This document shows positions 20,108 through 29,039 of a DNA stretch of 64,000 nucleotides, one piece after another. This DNA comes from an uncultured Candidatus Saccharibacteria bacterium (GTDB taxonomy: Bacteria; Patescibacteriota; JABMPQ01; JAQVVF01), in the NCBI GenBank assembly GCA_964574655.1, contig CAZNOH010000003.1:58149-122148 (forward strand). The letters are read 5' to 3'. The notes beneath the pieces were generated by a model. That model saw only the letters and a list, made by a program, of their open reading frames with translations. It was not told where the DNA came from and made no database searches. The translations under genes and the position numbers were made by a program. How positions within the stretch are numbered: position 1 is the first letter of the stretch; every line of letters begins with the position of its first letter.

Positions 20108-20821
20108 CTAACTAGCAGCAACCGTAATTACCATAGTCAAAGCATAATCAGCTACCGTAGGTTGCTCAGCAGGGATAGTCTGCGAAACAGTTGCACCTGT
20201 TAAATACCAATCACCAATATCATCAGACAAAGCAGCTGCATTCATTATTGTTACACTATTCGTCACACCTTCTGAAAGACCAGTGGAAGCACCTTTAGTA
20301 ATATTTGCTGTTGTACAAACTGCGCATTGGCCTTTAGTGATCGTACCTACACTTGCATCGATTGTCATTTGTCCCGCTTTAACGTCAACATCAGCTCCAT
20401 CTGTACAACCAGGCGTAGCACCAGTTGAATCATTAAAATCAAAATAATTCGGTCCAGTTCCTGTCCACAAAGCTGTTGTAGCTGATCCAGCAACTGATAA
20501 AGTCCAACCAGCATTGGCAGCACTAGGATTAGAAACATACAGCCTCTGAGTATTTGTTCCAAAAGTGCCAGTAGAAGCTGAAGCGCCAGACAAACAAGTC
20601 CAACTAAAAACTTTTGAACTCATAACAACAGAAGGGGCACCAACATCTACATAAGTGGCATCAACAATTGATGTTGATAAAGAACCAGCGCTTATCACTT
20701 GAGTAAAGCTTGAAGTATCAGTCAAAGCCGCCCATGCCACCAAAGAACTGCCACTTGTAAAAGCAATAGCTACAAAAATCACCAATAGAACATTAAATCT
20801 TCTAAAAAATTTTCCAGACAT
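20108..20821 (-). CDS. Secreted WxL-domain protein
   Basis: Signal peptide, two W-x-L motifs (AGWTLSVAG and IGDWYLTGATVSQTIPAEQ). Homologous to the C-terminus of the 809-aa BNR protein. Confidence 0.55.
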   Translation of the reverse strand: MSGKFFRRFNVLLVIFVAIAFTSGSSLVAWAALTDTSSFTQVISAGSLSTSIVDATYVDVGAPSVVMSSKVFSWTCLSGASASTGTFGTNTQRLYVSNPSAANAGWTLSVAGSATTALWTGTGPNYFDFNDSTGATPGCTDGADVDVKAGQMTIDASVGTITKGQCAVCTTANITKGASTGLSEGVTNSVTIMNAAALSDDIGDWYLTGATVSQTIPAEQPTVADYALTMVITVAAS

Positions 20822-20983
20822 ATTTTTATTTTTAATAAGAATTTTTTGAAATATAATCTTTGTCGACCAAGTCCCTTAATCGGCACTTCAAAGATTACAA
20901 ATATACTTCATTATAGCCTATAACAAACAAAAAACAATACCACACTATGAAAAATGTGGATAACTTAATAAATAAAAAACCAG

Positions 20984-21364
20984 CTATTTATTTAGCTGGG
21001 AAACACAAGGAACATCATCATCAACAAATTGTTCAAGATCAAAACTAAGTTGTCCAAATTTGAAACGCAGTGACACAAAGTAACCAGTCTCTGCATCTTC
21101 ATAGGCTGTCATTGCCCAAAAAATTCGCCGATATCGACCATAATCATCATAAAAATAGACATCTGGACCATATTCCATTGCTTCTGCAAGCGACACTTCT
21201 TTCAACTCATCTATTTGAACCCATCCGCCAGGAGAATCATCATTAGCTACAAAAGAATACTTTTTCATTTCAACAACAAGATATCTTGCTTTGACAACTT
21301 TGTTATTTTTGATCCAACAAGGCTTGATAATCAAAGCTTTTACTGTTTGCTCGATTATCATCAC
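20984..21364 (-). CDS. Hypothetical protein (strong GGAGG RBS)
   Basis: ORF preceded by AGGAGGAAGTG-ATG. Followed by terminator hairpin at 20958-20990 (minus strand). Confidence 0.45.
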   Translation of the reverse strand: MMIIEQTVKALIIKPCWIKNNKVVKARYLVVEMKKYSFVANDDSPGGWVQIDELKEVSLAEAMEYGPDVYFYDDYGRYRRIFWAMTAYEDAETGYFVSLRFKFGQLSFDLEQFVDDDVPCVSQLNK

Positions 21365-21558
21365 TTCCTCCTCTTTCCTCTCAAAGAACTAACATTAAAA
21401 GGCATTCGATAAACAATTATAAACTTAAAAAAACATTTTGTCAAGTCAAATTCATCTTGTAAAAACTCTCTCCTATGTTAAAATATCAGCATATTAAAAA
21501 TTTTAAATCAGCGTAGATCAGCGTTAGAAATCAGCGTCAAATCAGCGCTTGTTATCAT

Positions 21559-24051
21559 ATGTTAAAAAAATACAACATTTTAGAACAGGAACAAAAATGG
21601 CAGAATTTTTGGGATCAAAACAATATTTACAAATATGATCCCTTTTCAAAAAAGCCAATTTTCTCAGTTGATACTCCTCCACCATACGCATCTGCCGCCC
21701 ATCTTCATGTTGGCCATGCCATGTCTTATACTCAAGCCGAATTCATCATCCGTTTCAAACGCATGCAAGGCTATAATGTTTTTTATCCAATGGGTTTTGA
21801 TGACAATGGCTTGCCAACTGAAAGATACGTTGAACAAAAATACAAAATTGCTGACAAAACCAAAATTTCCCGCGAAGAATTTATCAAATTATGTTTGCAA
21901 GAAACCAAAGAAGTTGCCAAAACTTATACTTCTCTTTGGAAATCATTAGGCCTTTCAGTTGATTGGTCATTGCTATATTCGACAATTAGTTCAATGTCTC
22001 GCCGTATTTCTCAAAAATCTTTTTTAGATTTATACAAAAAAGACTTGTTAGAACATCGCCAAGAACCAACAATCTGGTGTCCTTCCTGCCAAACAGCATT
22101 GGCCCAAGCTGATCTTGAAGATTCAGAAGAAAAATCCACACTAAATTATATAACGTTCAAACTTAAACACAGAAACACAGAAACACAGAAACATTCTGAC
22201 GCTCCGACGCTCCAAAGCTCCGAAGCTCTCATTGTTGCCACTTCCAGACCAGAATTACTACCAGCTTGTGTCGCCTTATATATCAATCCAGACGACAAAC
22301 GCTACCAAAGATTAATAAATCAAACTGCCATTGTTCCATTATTTAATTATGAAATCGAAATCAAATCTGACCCTTCTGTTGATCCAAAATTTGGCACTGG
22401 CTTAATGATGGTTTGTACTTGGGGCGATTCTGAAGATGTTGCCAAATGGAAAAAAGATCAACTTTCAACCAGACTGATCTTTGATAAATCAGGACACTTA
22501 AATGAAAAAGCAAAACCTTATCAAGGCTTAGCTATTAAAATCGCTCGTATTAAAATTTTAGAAGATTTAAAAAATAAAAATTTATTAATTAAGCAAGAAG
22601 ACATTACTCATGTTTTAAACATCCACGAACGCTGCAAAACTCCAGTTGAATTTTATTTAACAAAACAATGGTTTATTAAAATTCTTGATAATATAGAAGA
22701 TTTCAAAAAACAAGGAGACAAAATAAACTGGTATCCGGTATCAATGAAAAAGAAATATGATACTTGGCTAGATGGATTAAAATGGGATTGGAATATTTCA
22801 AGAGAAAGATATTATGGCGTTCCGTTTCCAGTTTGGTATTGTAGCAAATGTCATGAAACAATTTTGCCAGATGAAAAAGATCTGCCAGTTGATCCAATCG
22901 AAAATGAACCAAAAAATCCTTGCCCAAAATGCCAATCAAATAAATTTATTCCAGAAAAAGATGTCATGGATACTTGGATGACATCATCTTTAACACCTCA
23001 AATCAATTCGCATTGGCAAGAACAAGATGAAAACAAAAAACTTTATCCAATGTCTTTGCGTATTCAAGCTTTTGAAATTATCAGAACTTGGCTTTTTTAT
23101 ACAGTTGTAAAATCTTGGTATCATAAAAAATCTTTACCATGGCAGGATGTCATGATTTCAGGACACGGACTAGACGAACAAGGACGCAAGATTTCCAAAT
23201 CATTAGGAAATTATGAACCAGTTAATAACATCATAAAGCGTTATGGTTCTGATGCACTTAGATATTGGTCTGCAGGATCAAATCTTGGCAATAATTTAAG
23301 ATATAAGGAAGAAGAAGTTAAAGACGGCAAAAAATTAATTACCAAACTTTTCAACGCCAGCAAATTCGGCTTGATGTTCTTAAATAAGAATTCAGAATTG
23401 AGAATTGAGAATAGAGAATTTTCACCTATCGACATTTGGATTTTATCAAAACTACAAGATACAATTAAAAAAGTTACGCAATATTTCAATGATTACGAAT
23501 ACTCGAAAGCAAAGAAGGAAGTCTACAATTTCTTTTGGAAAAATTTTGCTGATAACTATATTGAGCTTGCCAAATCAAGACTCTATAATGATGAAAATAA
23601 GGAAGCTAAACAATCAGCTCAAGCAACACTTTATATTTGCTTAATAAATATTTTAAAAATGTTTGCACCAATCCTTCCACATATTACTGAAGAAATCTGG
23701 CAAGCGATAAAACAATTAAACAATGAAACAAAAAAACAATTTAACAATTTAACAATTGAACAATCAATCCACATCAGTTCTTGGCCAAAACAAGAAAACA
23801 AATTTATCAACAAAAAAATGGAATTACTTGGTGATTCTATTGTAGAAATTTTAAGTTTAGTTCGAAAAACAAAATCAAATGCCAATCTGGCAATGAATAA
23901 AGATATTAAAGAAATAATTATTGACTCTAAAGAAAAAGATTTAGAAAAATTCTTTCCAGATCTAGCCTCAGCCACTCATGCAGAGCAAATTTCTTTCGGA
24001 ACTGGTGATCAAAATATTGATGATAATCTGAAAATAAAAATTATTTTATAA
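21559..24051 (+). CDS. valS: Valyl-tRNA synthetase (class I aaRS)
   Basis: PPPYASAAHLHVGHA (HIGH-type), RFKRMQGYNV, VDPKFGTG, WCPSCQTAL, DWNISRERYYGVPFPVWYC, KISKSLGN (KMSKS). Best match to the ValRS pattern but IleRS/LeuRS not fully excluded. Carries two in-frame tandem-repeat insertions. Confidence 0.7.
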   Translation: MLKKYNILEQEQKWQNFWDQNNIYKYDPFSKKPIFSVDTPPPYASAAHLHVGHAMSYTQAEFIIRFKRMQGYNVFYPMGFDDNGLPTERYVEQKYKIADKTKISREEFIKLCLQETKEVAKTYTSLWKSLGLSVDWSLLYSTISSMSRRISQKSFLDLYKKDLLEHRQEPTIWCPSCQTALAQADLEDSEEKSTLNYITFKLKHRNTETQKHSDAPTLQSSEALIVATSRPELLPACVALYINPDDKRYQRLINQTAIVPLFNYEIEIKSDPSVDPKFGTGLMMVCTWGDSEDVAKWKKDQLSTRLIFDKSGHLNEKAKPYQGLAIKIARIKILEDLKNKNLLIKQEDITHVLNIHERCKTPVEFYLTKQWFIKILDNIEDFKKQGDKINWYPVSMKKKYDTWLDGLKWDWNISRERYYGVPFPVWYCSKCHETILPDEKDLPVDPIENEPKNPCPKCQSNKFIPEKDVMDTWMTSSLTPQINSHWQEQDENKKLYPMSLRIQAFEIIRTWLFYTVVKSWYHKKSLPWQDVMISGHGLDEQGRKISKSLGNYEPVNNIIKRYGSDALRYWSAGSNLGNNLRYKEEEVKDGKKLITKLFNASKFGLMFLNKNSELRIENREFSPIDIWILSKLQDTIKKVTQYFNDYEYSKAKKEVYNFFWKNFADNYIELAKSRLYNDENKEAKQSAQATLYICLINILKMFAPILPHITEEIWQAIKQLNNETKKQFNNLTIEQSIHISSWPKQENKFINKKMELLGDSIVEILSLVRKTKSNANLAMNKDIKEIIIDSKEKDLEKFFPDLASATHAEQISFGTGDQNIDDNLKIKIIL

Positions 24052-24087
24052 AAATAAATCACGTAGGGGTGGAGTCTCTGAATTATT

Positions 24088-24120
24088 AATAACAAAAAGA
24101 CCGCTCATCGCGGTCTTTTT
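24088..24120. terminator. Bidirectional rho-independent terminator (aaaaagaccgctcatcgcggtcttttt)
   Basis: GC-rich hairpin flanked by A-run and T-run, directly after the valS stop. Confidence 0.7.
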
Positions 24121-24192
24121 AAATCAATATTTTGAGGTTTAAAATTTCAAGCGTTCAAGAACTTAAGAATCAAGGATTCGAATTGTCCGCAA

Positions 24193-25011
24193 CTAGCGGG
24201 AAACGGAAACGCCCACAATGCCATAGGCACTCTCAGGCTCCCACCCATCCACATGCGCACCCCGAGAATCACAACCGCCAGCATGGACCAACCCCCCATC
24301 AGACGAGCGCTTCGTAGTCCACGCATAAGCAATTATTAAAGCGCTTTTTTGTGTTGCATGGATAAGAACAACTTCAAGAGGGTTAATTCGGTATTTTTGA
24401 TTAATCTTTAGTTCAGATAATTGCTTGCCTGCTTCTTTCCAGTCTGTTGCCATTAGTTGAGCTAATTCTGCTAATTTCGCATCACTGCATTCACTTAATT
24501 CATCAGCAGTTGCCAAGTTGTTTTGTCTTAAATATTCTCTGAAAAATCTTGTTCCTTCAATGTAATTTTTGTTATTTGATCCTTCAATATTGCCTTTGCT
24601 TAATAGTTTCCATGATAATGGATTAGAATCAGAAGTAAAAAAATCTTCATTTTGATGCCATCTTGTATTAAACAGTAATTTGCCTGAACCTCGTCTTTCC
24701 ATTTCTGGCTGAAATCTGTCATTCAAGCTTTTCATTGTCACAGGCGTGCCATCTTTGAATTTATCAGGAAAAAGAAACAGCTGGAATCTTTTTTGTAATT
24801 CTTCTCTTGATGTTCTTTTTATTAAATCTCTGATTTGCGGATCAGCTAGTTTTTCTCGAAGCATCTGGCTAATTCTTTGTTTTTCTTCTTCAGTATATTC
24901 AAATAGCTTTTCACCATTTCCTAAAGTAAAATGTTTTTCAATTTCATCTGGTCCCATATATCCTTCGCCAAACAGTCTTTTTGCTTCTAGTCTTGGATCT
25001 GATTCGATCAT
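24193..25011 (-). CDS. Hypothetical protein; N-terminus possibly disrupted (coding-like sequence continues upstream to an in-frame TAA at 25186-25188) and 3' end runs into a GC-rich patch
   Basis: ORF. About 58 upstream in-frame codons without a start codon. The last ~45 codons lie in the GC-rich segment 24190-24335. Confidence 0.35.
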   Translation of the reverse strand: MIESDPRLEAKRLFGEGYMGPDEIEKHFTLGNGEKLFEYTEEEKQRISQMLREKLADPQIRDLIKRTSREELQKRFQLFLFPDKFKDGTPVTMKSLNDRFQPEMERRGSGKLLFNTRWHQNEDFFTSDSNPLSWKLLSKGNIEGSNNKNYIEGTRFFREYLRQNNLATADELSECSDAKLAELAQLMATDWKEAGKQLSELKINQKYRINPLEVVLIHATQKSALIIAYAWTTKRSSDGGLVHAGGCDSRGAHVDGWEPESAYGIVGVSVSR

Positions 25012-25310
25012 CCTATCTAATGCTTTTTCTAAATCTAAAACTTGGTCTGCTGTAACATTTTCATCTCGCTCTATTTGTTCTGCCAGATTATTTGCTTCAG
25101 CGACAAACTGCTTTGATTCAGGAGTTATTGCAATTTCAAAGCCTGGAGCTTGATTTGCTTCTTCAGATTCTTTGATATCGGCTAATTATGGCTGTTGTTC
25201 TGGTGATGAGAGCATAATATTCTAATTACTTTATTTTTTTAATTTCTCATTATATTTTTAAAATAATTAGAGATAGCATTCGAAGTATTAGAGCTTTTAT
25301 TAGAGAAAAA

Positions 25311-26963
25311 TTATACAACTCTTTCTACTTCCTCAACAGTAGTTACACCTTCAACCGCCTTCAAAATTCCGTCTTGCTCCATTGTCATCATTCCTTGTGC
25401 AATTGCCGCTTTTTCAATCTCCAAATTTGAAACTCTATATCCAATCGCTTCTTCAATTTTATTATCAACCTCAAACATTTCATAAATTCCAACTCTGCCT
25501 TTATAACCAATGTTGTCACAAGCTTTACAACCTTTTGCTTTAAACATTTTTTCAATTCCCTTTTCTGGATAAAATTTTCCTAATTTTTCTTTTAATGTTT
25601 TTAATTCTTCAGCGCTTAATTCATAAGCTTCTTTGCATTTTTCACAGATTTTTCTTACTAATCTTTGCGCAATAATTAACTTTAAAGCCGGCGCCAATTC
25701 TTCAGGACGAAGACCCATGCTGATTAAACGCGGAATTGCGCCTGCTGCATCGTTAGTATGCAAAGTCGATAATACCAGATGTCCTGTTAAAGAAGCCTGC
25801 GCTGAGATTTCTGCTGTATCATTATCCCTTATTTCACCAACCATGACTACATCTGGATCTTGTCTCAAGACCGATTTCAAAGCATTGGCAAAATCAAACC
25901 CTTTGCTTGAATCAATTTCAGTCTGCGAAATTCCTTTTATTTTATATTCAATTGGATTCTCTAAAGTAATAATATTTTTTTCTGGAGAATTAACTTCATT
26001 GATGCAAGCATACAAAGTTGTTGTTTTTCCAGAACCAGTCGGTCCAGTTGTCAAAACCATGCCAGTCGTTGCCTTTATTGCCTTGCTTAATAATTTATGT
26101 TCCCGCTCTCTCATTCCTAATTTTTCCAAAGTCAAACCTGTCGCCCCAGTTCCCAACAATCTCATTACTAAAGTCTCGCCATAAGCAGTTGGCAGTGTTG
26201 AAACTCTTAAATCAACTTCCTTCCCATCAGAATCAATTGAAAACCTGCCATCTTGAGGATTATCAACAACATTAATTTTTAATTTTGCAACAAGCTTCAC
26301 TCTTGATAAAATTTTCAAAGCTACGTCATTTGGCAACTCCATAATATCCTGTAAAACTCCATCTATTCTATAACGAAGCTTTGCTTTTTCTTTTTCAGGC
26401 TCTATATGAACATCCGAAGCATCAACACTCAAAGCTCCAGCCAAAATATAATCAATCATTTCCGTAACTTTCACTTTTTTAATTGTTGCTTTAAGATCTG
26501 TTAAATTTTGTATCTGCTCTTTTGCATTTGATAATTCTTCTTTTCCAACTTTTATCTCATCTTTTTCTGGAACGACAATTTTAATTTTTTTGTAAATTTC
26601 TAAAGCGCTATTCAAACCATCTAAAGAAATTACATAAAATTGGAAGCTGTACCCCATATTAGATAACTTTTTCTCTACTAGACTTAAATTTGGATTATCT
26701 TTATTTACAATTCCAATTCTAACCTCGCTATCTTTAATCAAAAAACATACTGCTTCTGCTTTTTTAGATAAATCCTCTGGAATCAAAGTAACTGCTTCTT
26801 TATCAATCGGAAAAACTCTCAAATCAATATAAGGCAACTTAGTAACATAAGAATAAACCATTGCCTTTTTTTCTTTTATCTTTTTTTCTTCACCAGTTAA
26901 TTTTTCTTTTAATTTTCTTTCCCGTTCTTGCTCTAAAATTTTATCAGCATCATTTTTCGCCAT
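25311..26963 (-). CDS. pilB: Type II secretion / type IV pilus assembly ATPase (GspE/PilB family)
   Basis: Walker A GPTGSGKTTTLYA, VMVGEIRD, tetracysteine CEKC...CKAC. Start trimmed to MAKNDADK. Confidence 0.85.
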   Translation of the reverse strand: MAKNDADKILEQERERKLKEKLTGEEKKIKEKKAMVYSYVTKLPYIDLRVFPIDKEAVTLIPEDLSKKAEAVCFLIKDSEVRIGIVNKDNPNLSLVEKKLSNMGYSFQFYVISLDGLNSALEIYKKIKIVVPEKDEIKVGKEELSNAKEQIQNLTDLKATIKKVKVTEMIDYILAGALSVDASDVHIEPEKEKAKLRYRIDGVLQDIMELPNDVALKILSRVKLVAKLKINVVDNPQDGRFSIDSDGKEVDLRVSTLPTAYGETLVMRLLGTGATGLTLEKLGMREREHKLLSKAIKATTGMVLTTGPTGSGKTTTLYACINEVNSPEKNIITLENPIEYKIKGISQTEIDSSKGFDFANALKSVLRQDPDVVMVGEIRDNDTAEISAQASLTGHLVLSTLHTNDAAGAIPRLISMGLRPEELAPALKLIIAQRLVRKICEKCKEAYELSAEELKTLKEKLGKFYPEKGIEKMFKAKGCKACDNIGYKGRVGIYEMFEVDNKIEEAIGYRVSNLEIEKAAIAQGMMTMEQDGILKAVEGVTTVEEVERVV

Positions 26964-27138
26964 ATTTTTTAAAAATAAAAAACTATTCCTATAAATTAAG
27001 AATAGCAAATTTTAAATATTTACACCAGATTCAAATGCATTCGAAAAAGATATTCGTGTAATTCGAAAAGGTATTCGTGTGAAAACTAAAAAGGGCAACG
27101 CGCCCTTTTCTGAATATTAGCAAATTATTAGCATAAAT

Positions 27139-27164
27139 TCGCACCTGCCTGCCGGCAGGCAGGA
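27139..27164. repeat. GC-rich perfect palindrome CACCTGCCTGCCGGCAGGCAGG, copy 1
   Basis: Same palindrome recurs at 46951-46976. Directly downstream of gdh, so it may act as a terminator. Confidence 0.5.
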
Positions 27165-27177
27165 ATGATTAGTGATT

Positions 27178-28455
27178 TTATTTCTTTATCTTTTTTATTA
27201 TTCTTTCTACTGCCAACGCATCCGCTCCCATCCTCAAATCAACCTTATATTTCTCACTCATCTTCCAAACATCGGCAAAAGATTTTTTCATTGTCTTTTC
27301 TAGCTTTTTATTTACATCAACAAGACTCCAATATTTTCCATCCATATTTTGTAACCATTCAAAATAAGAAACGGTCACGCCTCCAGCATTTGCCAAAATA
27401 TCAGGAATTACCACTTTTTTCTTTTTAAACAAAATTCTGTCAGCATCAGGAGTTGTTGGACCATTTGCCATTTCCAAAATAATATTAGCTTTTATTCTAT
27501 TGGCGTTATCTTTCGTAATTTGATTTTCAATAGCTGCTGGCACTAGAACATCAACATCTAATTCTAACAATTCCGCATTTGTAATCTTCTGTGTATCAAC
27601 TAGACCACTAACACTACCTGTCTTCTCTTTTTGTTTCATTACCTTCTCAAGATCAATACCATCTTTTTTATACACTCCACTTCTTGAATCAGAAACCGCG
27701 ACAACAACGAACCTTTTGTCTTTAGAAATAATTTCCGCAATATTATATCCTACATTTCCAACACCTTGCACTGCAACAGTTATTTTTTCATTTGCTTTAA
27801 TCTTTTTCAACGCCTCGTTTAATGTAAAATATCCGCCTAAAGCAGTTGCTTCCGTTCTCCCCAAAGATCCGCCCTTAGATATTGGCTTTCCAGTAAAAGT
27901 TGGTAGCCACTCATTATCAGCGATTTTTGAATTTTTACTTGTAGCTTTTACCTTTTTACTTTTAACTTTTAACTTTTTAAATTCATCGCTCATCCATGCC
28001 ATTATTTCCGGAGTTGTATTTACATCAGGTGCTGGAATATCCTTATTTGGTCCGATACAATCAAAAATTGCCTTAACATAACCTCTTGATAAATTTTCCA
28101 ATTCTTTTTTTGATAATTTTTTTGGATCAACAATTACTCCGCCTTTTCCACCGCCCAAAGGAATGTTTGCAACTGCGCATTTCATTGCCATCCAAAAAGA
28201 CAAAGCTTTTACTTCAAAATCAGAAACTTCCTGATGAAATCTAATACCGCCTTTATACGGGCCTCTTGCAGAATTATATTGCATTCTAAATCCTTGAAAC
28301 ATCCTAATCTTTCCATCATCCATTTTCACTGGGAAATTAACATAAACTGCTCTTTCTGGTTTTGATAAAATTTCCAAATAGGTTTTATCCAACTTCATCA
28401 AATCAGCTACTCTCCCAAGCTGAACTAATGCATTCTCAAAAACATTTTCAGACAT
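27178..28455 (-). CDS. gdhA: NAD(P)-specific glutamate dehydrogenase
   Basis: KGGIRFH, GGGKGG, GVGNVG Rossmann motif. Contains an in-frame insertion (KKLKVKSKKVKATSKNSKIADNE) encoded by a copy of the dispersed TTTTTACTTTT-type motif. Confidence 0.9.
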   Translation of the reverse strand: MSENVFENALVQLGRVADLMKLDKTYLEILSKPERAVYVNFPVKMDDGKIRMFQGFRMQYNSARGPYKGGIRFHQEVSDFEVKALSFWMAMKCAVANIPLGGGKGGVIVDPKKLSKKELENLSRGYVKAIFDCIGPNKDIPAPDVNTTPEIMAWMSDEFKKLKVKSKKVKATSKNSKIADNEWLPTFTGKPISKGGSLGRTEATALGGYFTLNEALKKIKANEKITVAVQGVGNVGYNIAEIISKDKRFVVVAVSDSRSGVYKKDGIDLEKVMKQKEKTGSVSGLVDTQKITNAELLELDVDVLVPAAIENQITKDNANRIKANIILEMANGPTTPDADRILFKKKKVVIPDILANAGGVTVSYFEWLQNMDGKYWSLVDVNKKLEKTMKKSFADVWKMSEKYKVDLRMGADALAVERIIKKIKK

Positions 28456-28528
28456 ATTGCTTTAGTTAATTAGTTAATTAGTTAATTAGTTTATTAGTAA
28501 TTAGGTAACAATGGAACAATTTAACAAT

Positions 28529-28723
28529 TTATTTCTTGTTGATCTCATCAATTATAGCCTGGATCTTTTTTTCATCAAGTCCATGTGCTAAAGAACCCTG
28601 TTCGATTGTTTCTCCATGAGCCATCAAACAACCAACGCAATGCATTCCATGCTTAACTAAAATATCAACCGTTTCTGGTTTTTCTTCAACTGCCTTGCTG
28701 ATTAAAGTATCTTTTGTAATCAT
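28529..28723 (-). CDS. DUF1858-type small redox-disulfide protein (hybrid-cluster-protein-associated domain)
   Basis: 64 aa with MHCVGC motif in the DUF1858 context (KHGMHCVGCLMAHGETIEQG). Confidence 0.55.
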   Translation of the reverse strand: MITKDTLISKAVEEKPETVDILVKHGMHCVGCLMAHGETIEQGSLAHGLDEKKIQAIIDEINKK

Positions 28724-28830
28724 AATTTTTTGTAAGAAACAAAAATTTCTTGCCCTGTCGAATGACAGGGTTGTTCCCTATTTTTTTATTATTATAATTT
28801 AGCCTGCCCGCCGTAGCTAAAACTTTAGTT

Positions 28831-29034
28831 TTAGCGAAGGCGGGTTATCTTAATGCATTGCACAGGACAAGCATCTGAAGCTTCCTGACTGCATCCTATT
28901 TGATCTAATTCTGATTTTTTTACAAAAGATTTATTATCTGCGCCTTTTAGTTCATAATTATCAGGACAAATTGTTGTACAAGCTCCGCAACTAATACACT
29001 TTTCTTGATCAATTTCGATTTTAAATTTCGCCAT
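28831..29034 (-). CDS. 4Fe-4S ferredoxin
   Basis: CISCGACTTICP and CPVQC cluster-binding motifs in 67 aa. Confidence 0.8.
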   Translation of the reverse strand: MAKFKIEIDQEKCISCGACTTICPDNYELKGADNKSFVKKSELDQIGCSQEASDACPVQCIKITRLR

Positions 29035-29039
29035 AGCTT

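Noticed and set aside
21559-24051. Archaeal-type leucyl-tRNA synthetase for the class-I synthetase (RFKRMQGYNV matches archaeal LeuRS closely)
   Set aside because: DWNISR…WYC, VDPKFGTG and the overall motif order fit ValRS better. Residual uncertainty is noted in the feature.
24190-24335. Possible TPP riboswitch in the GC-rich patch (reverse strand contains GGGGTGC and CTGAGAG)
   Set aside because: The remaining conserved TPP-aptamer segments (ACCC…AACCTGATC…GGATAATGCC…GGGA) are absent, so the partial match looks like chance.
25311-27008. Complete type IV pilus / competence locus
   Set aside because: Only the PilB/GspE ATPase is present here. No pilin, PilC, PilM or prepilin peptidase genes are in the window.
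28455-28500. Short tandem repeats (ttagttaa x5 here; 8-mer and 7-mer arrays elsewhere) considered as possible CRISPR arrays
   Set aside because: Units are 7-8 bp with no intervening unique spacers and no cas genes, so these are simple-sequence repeats, not CRISPR.
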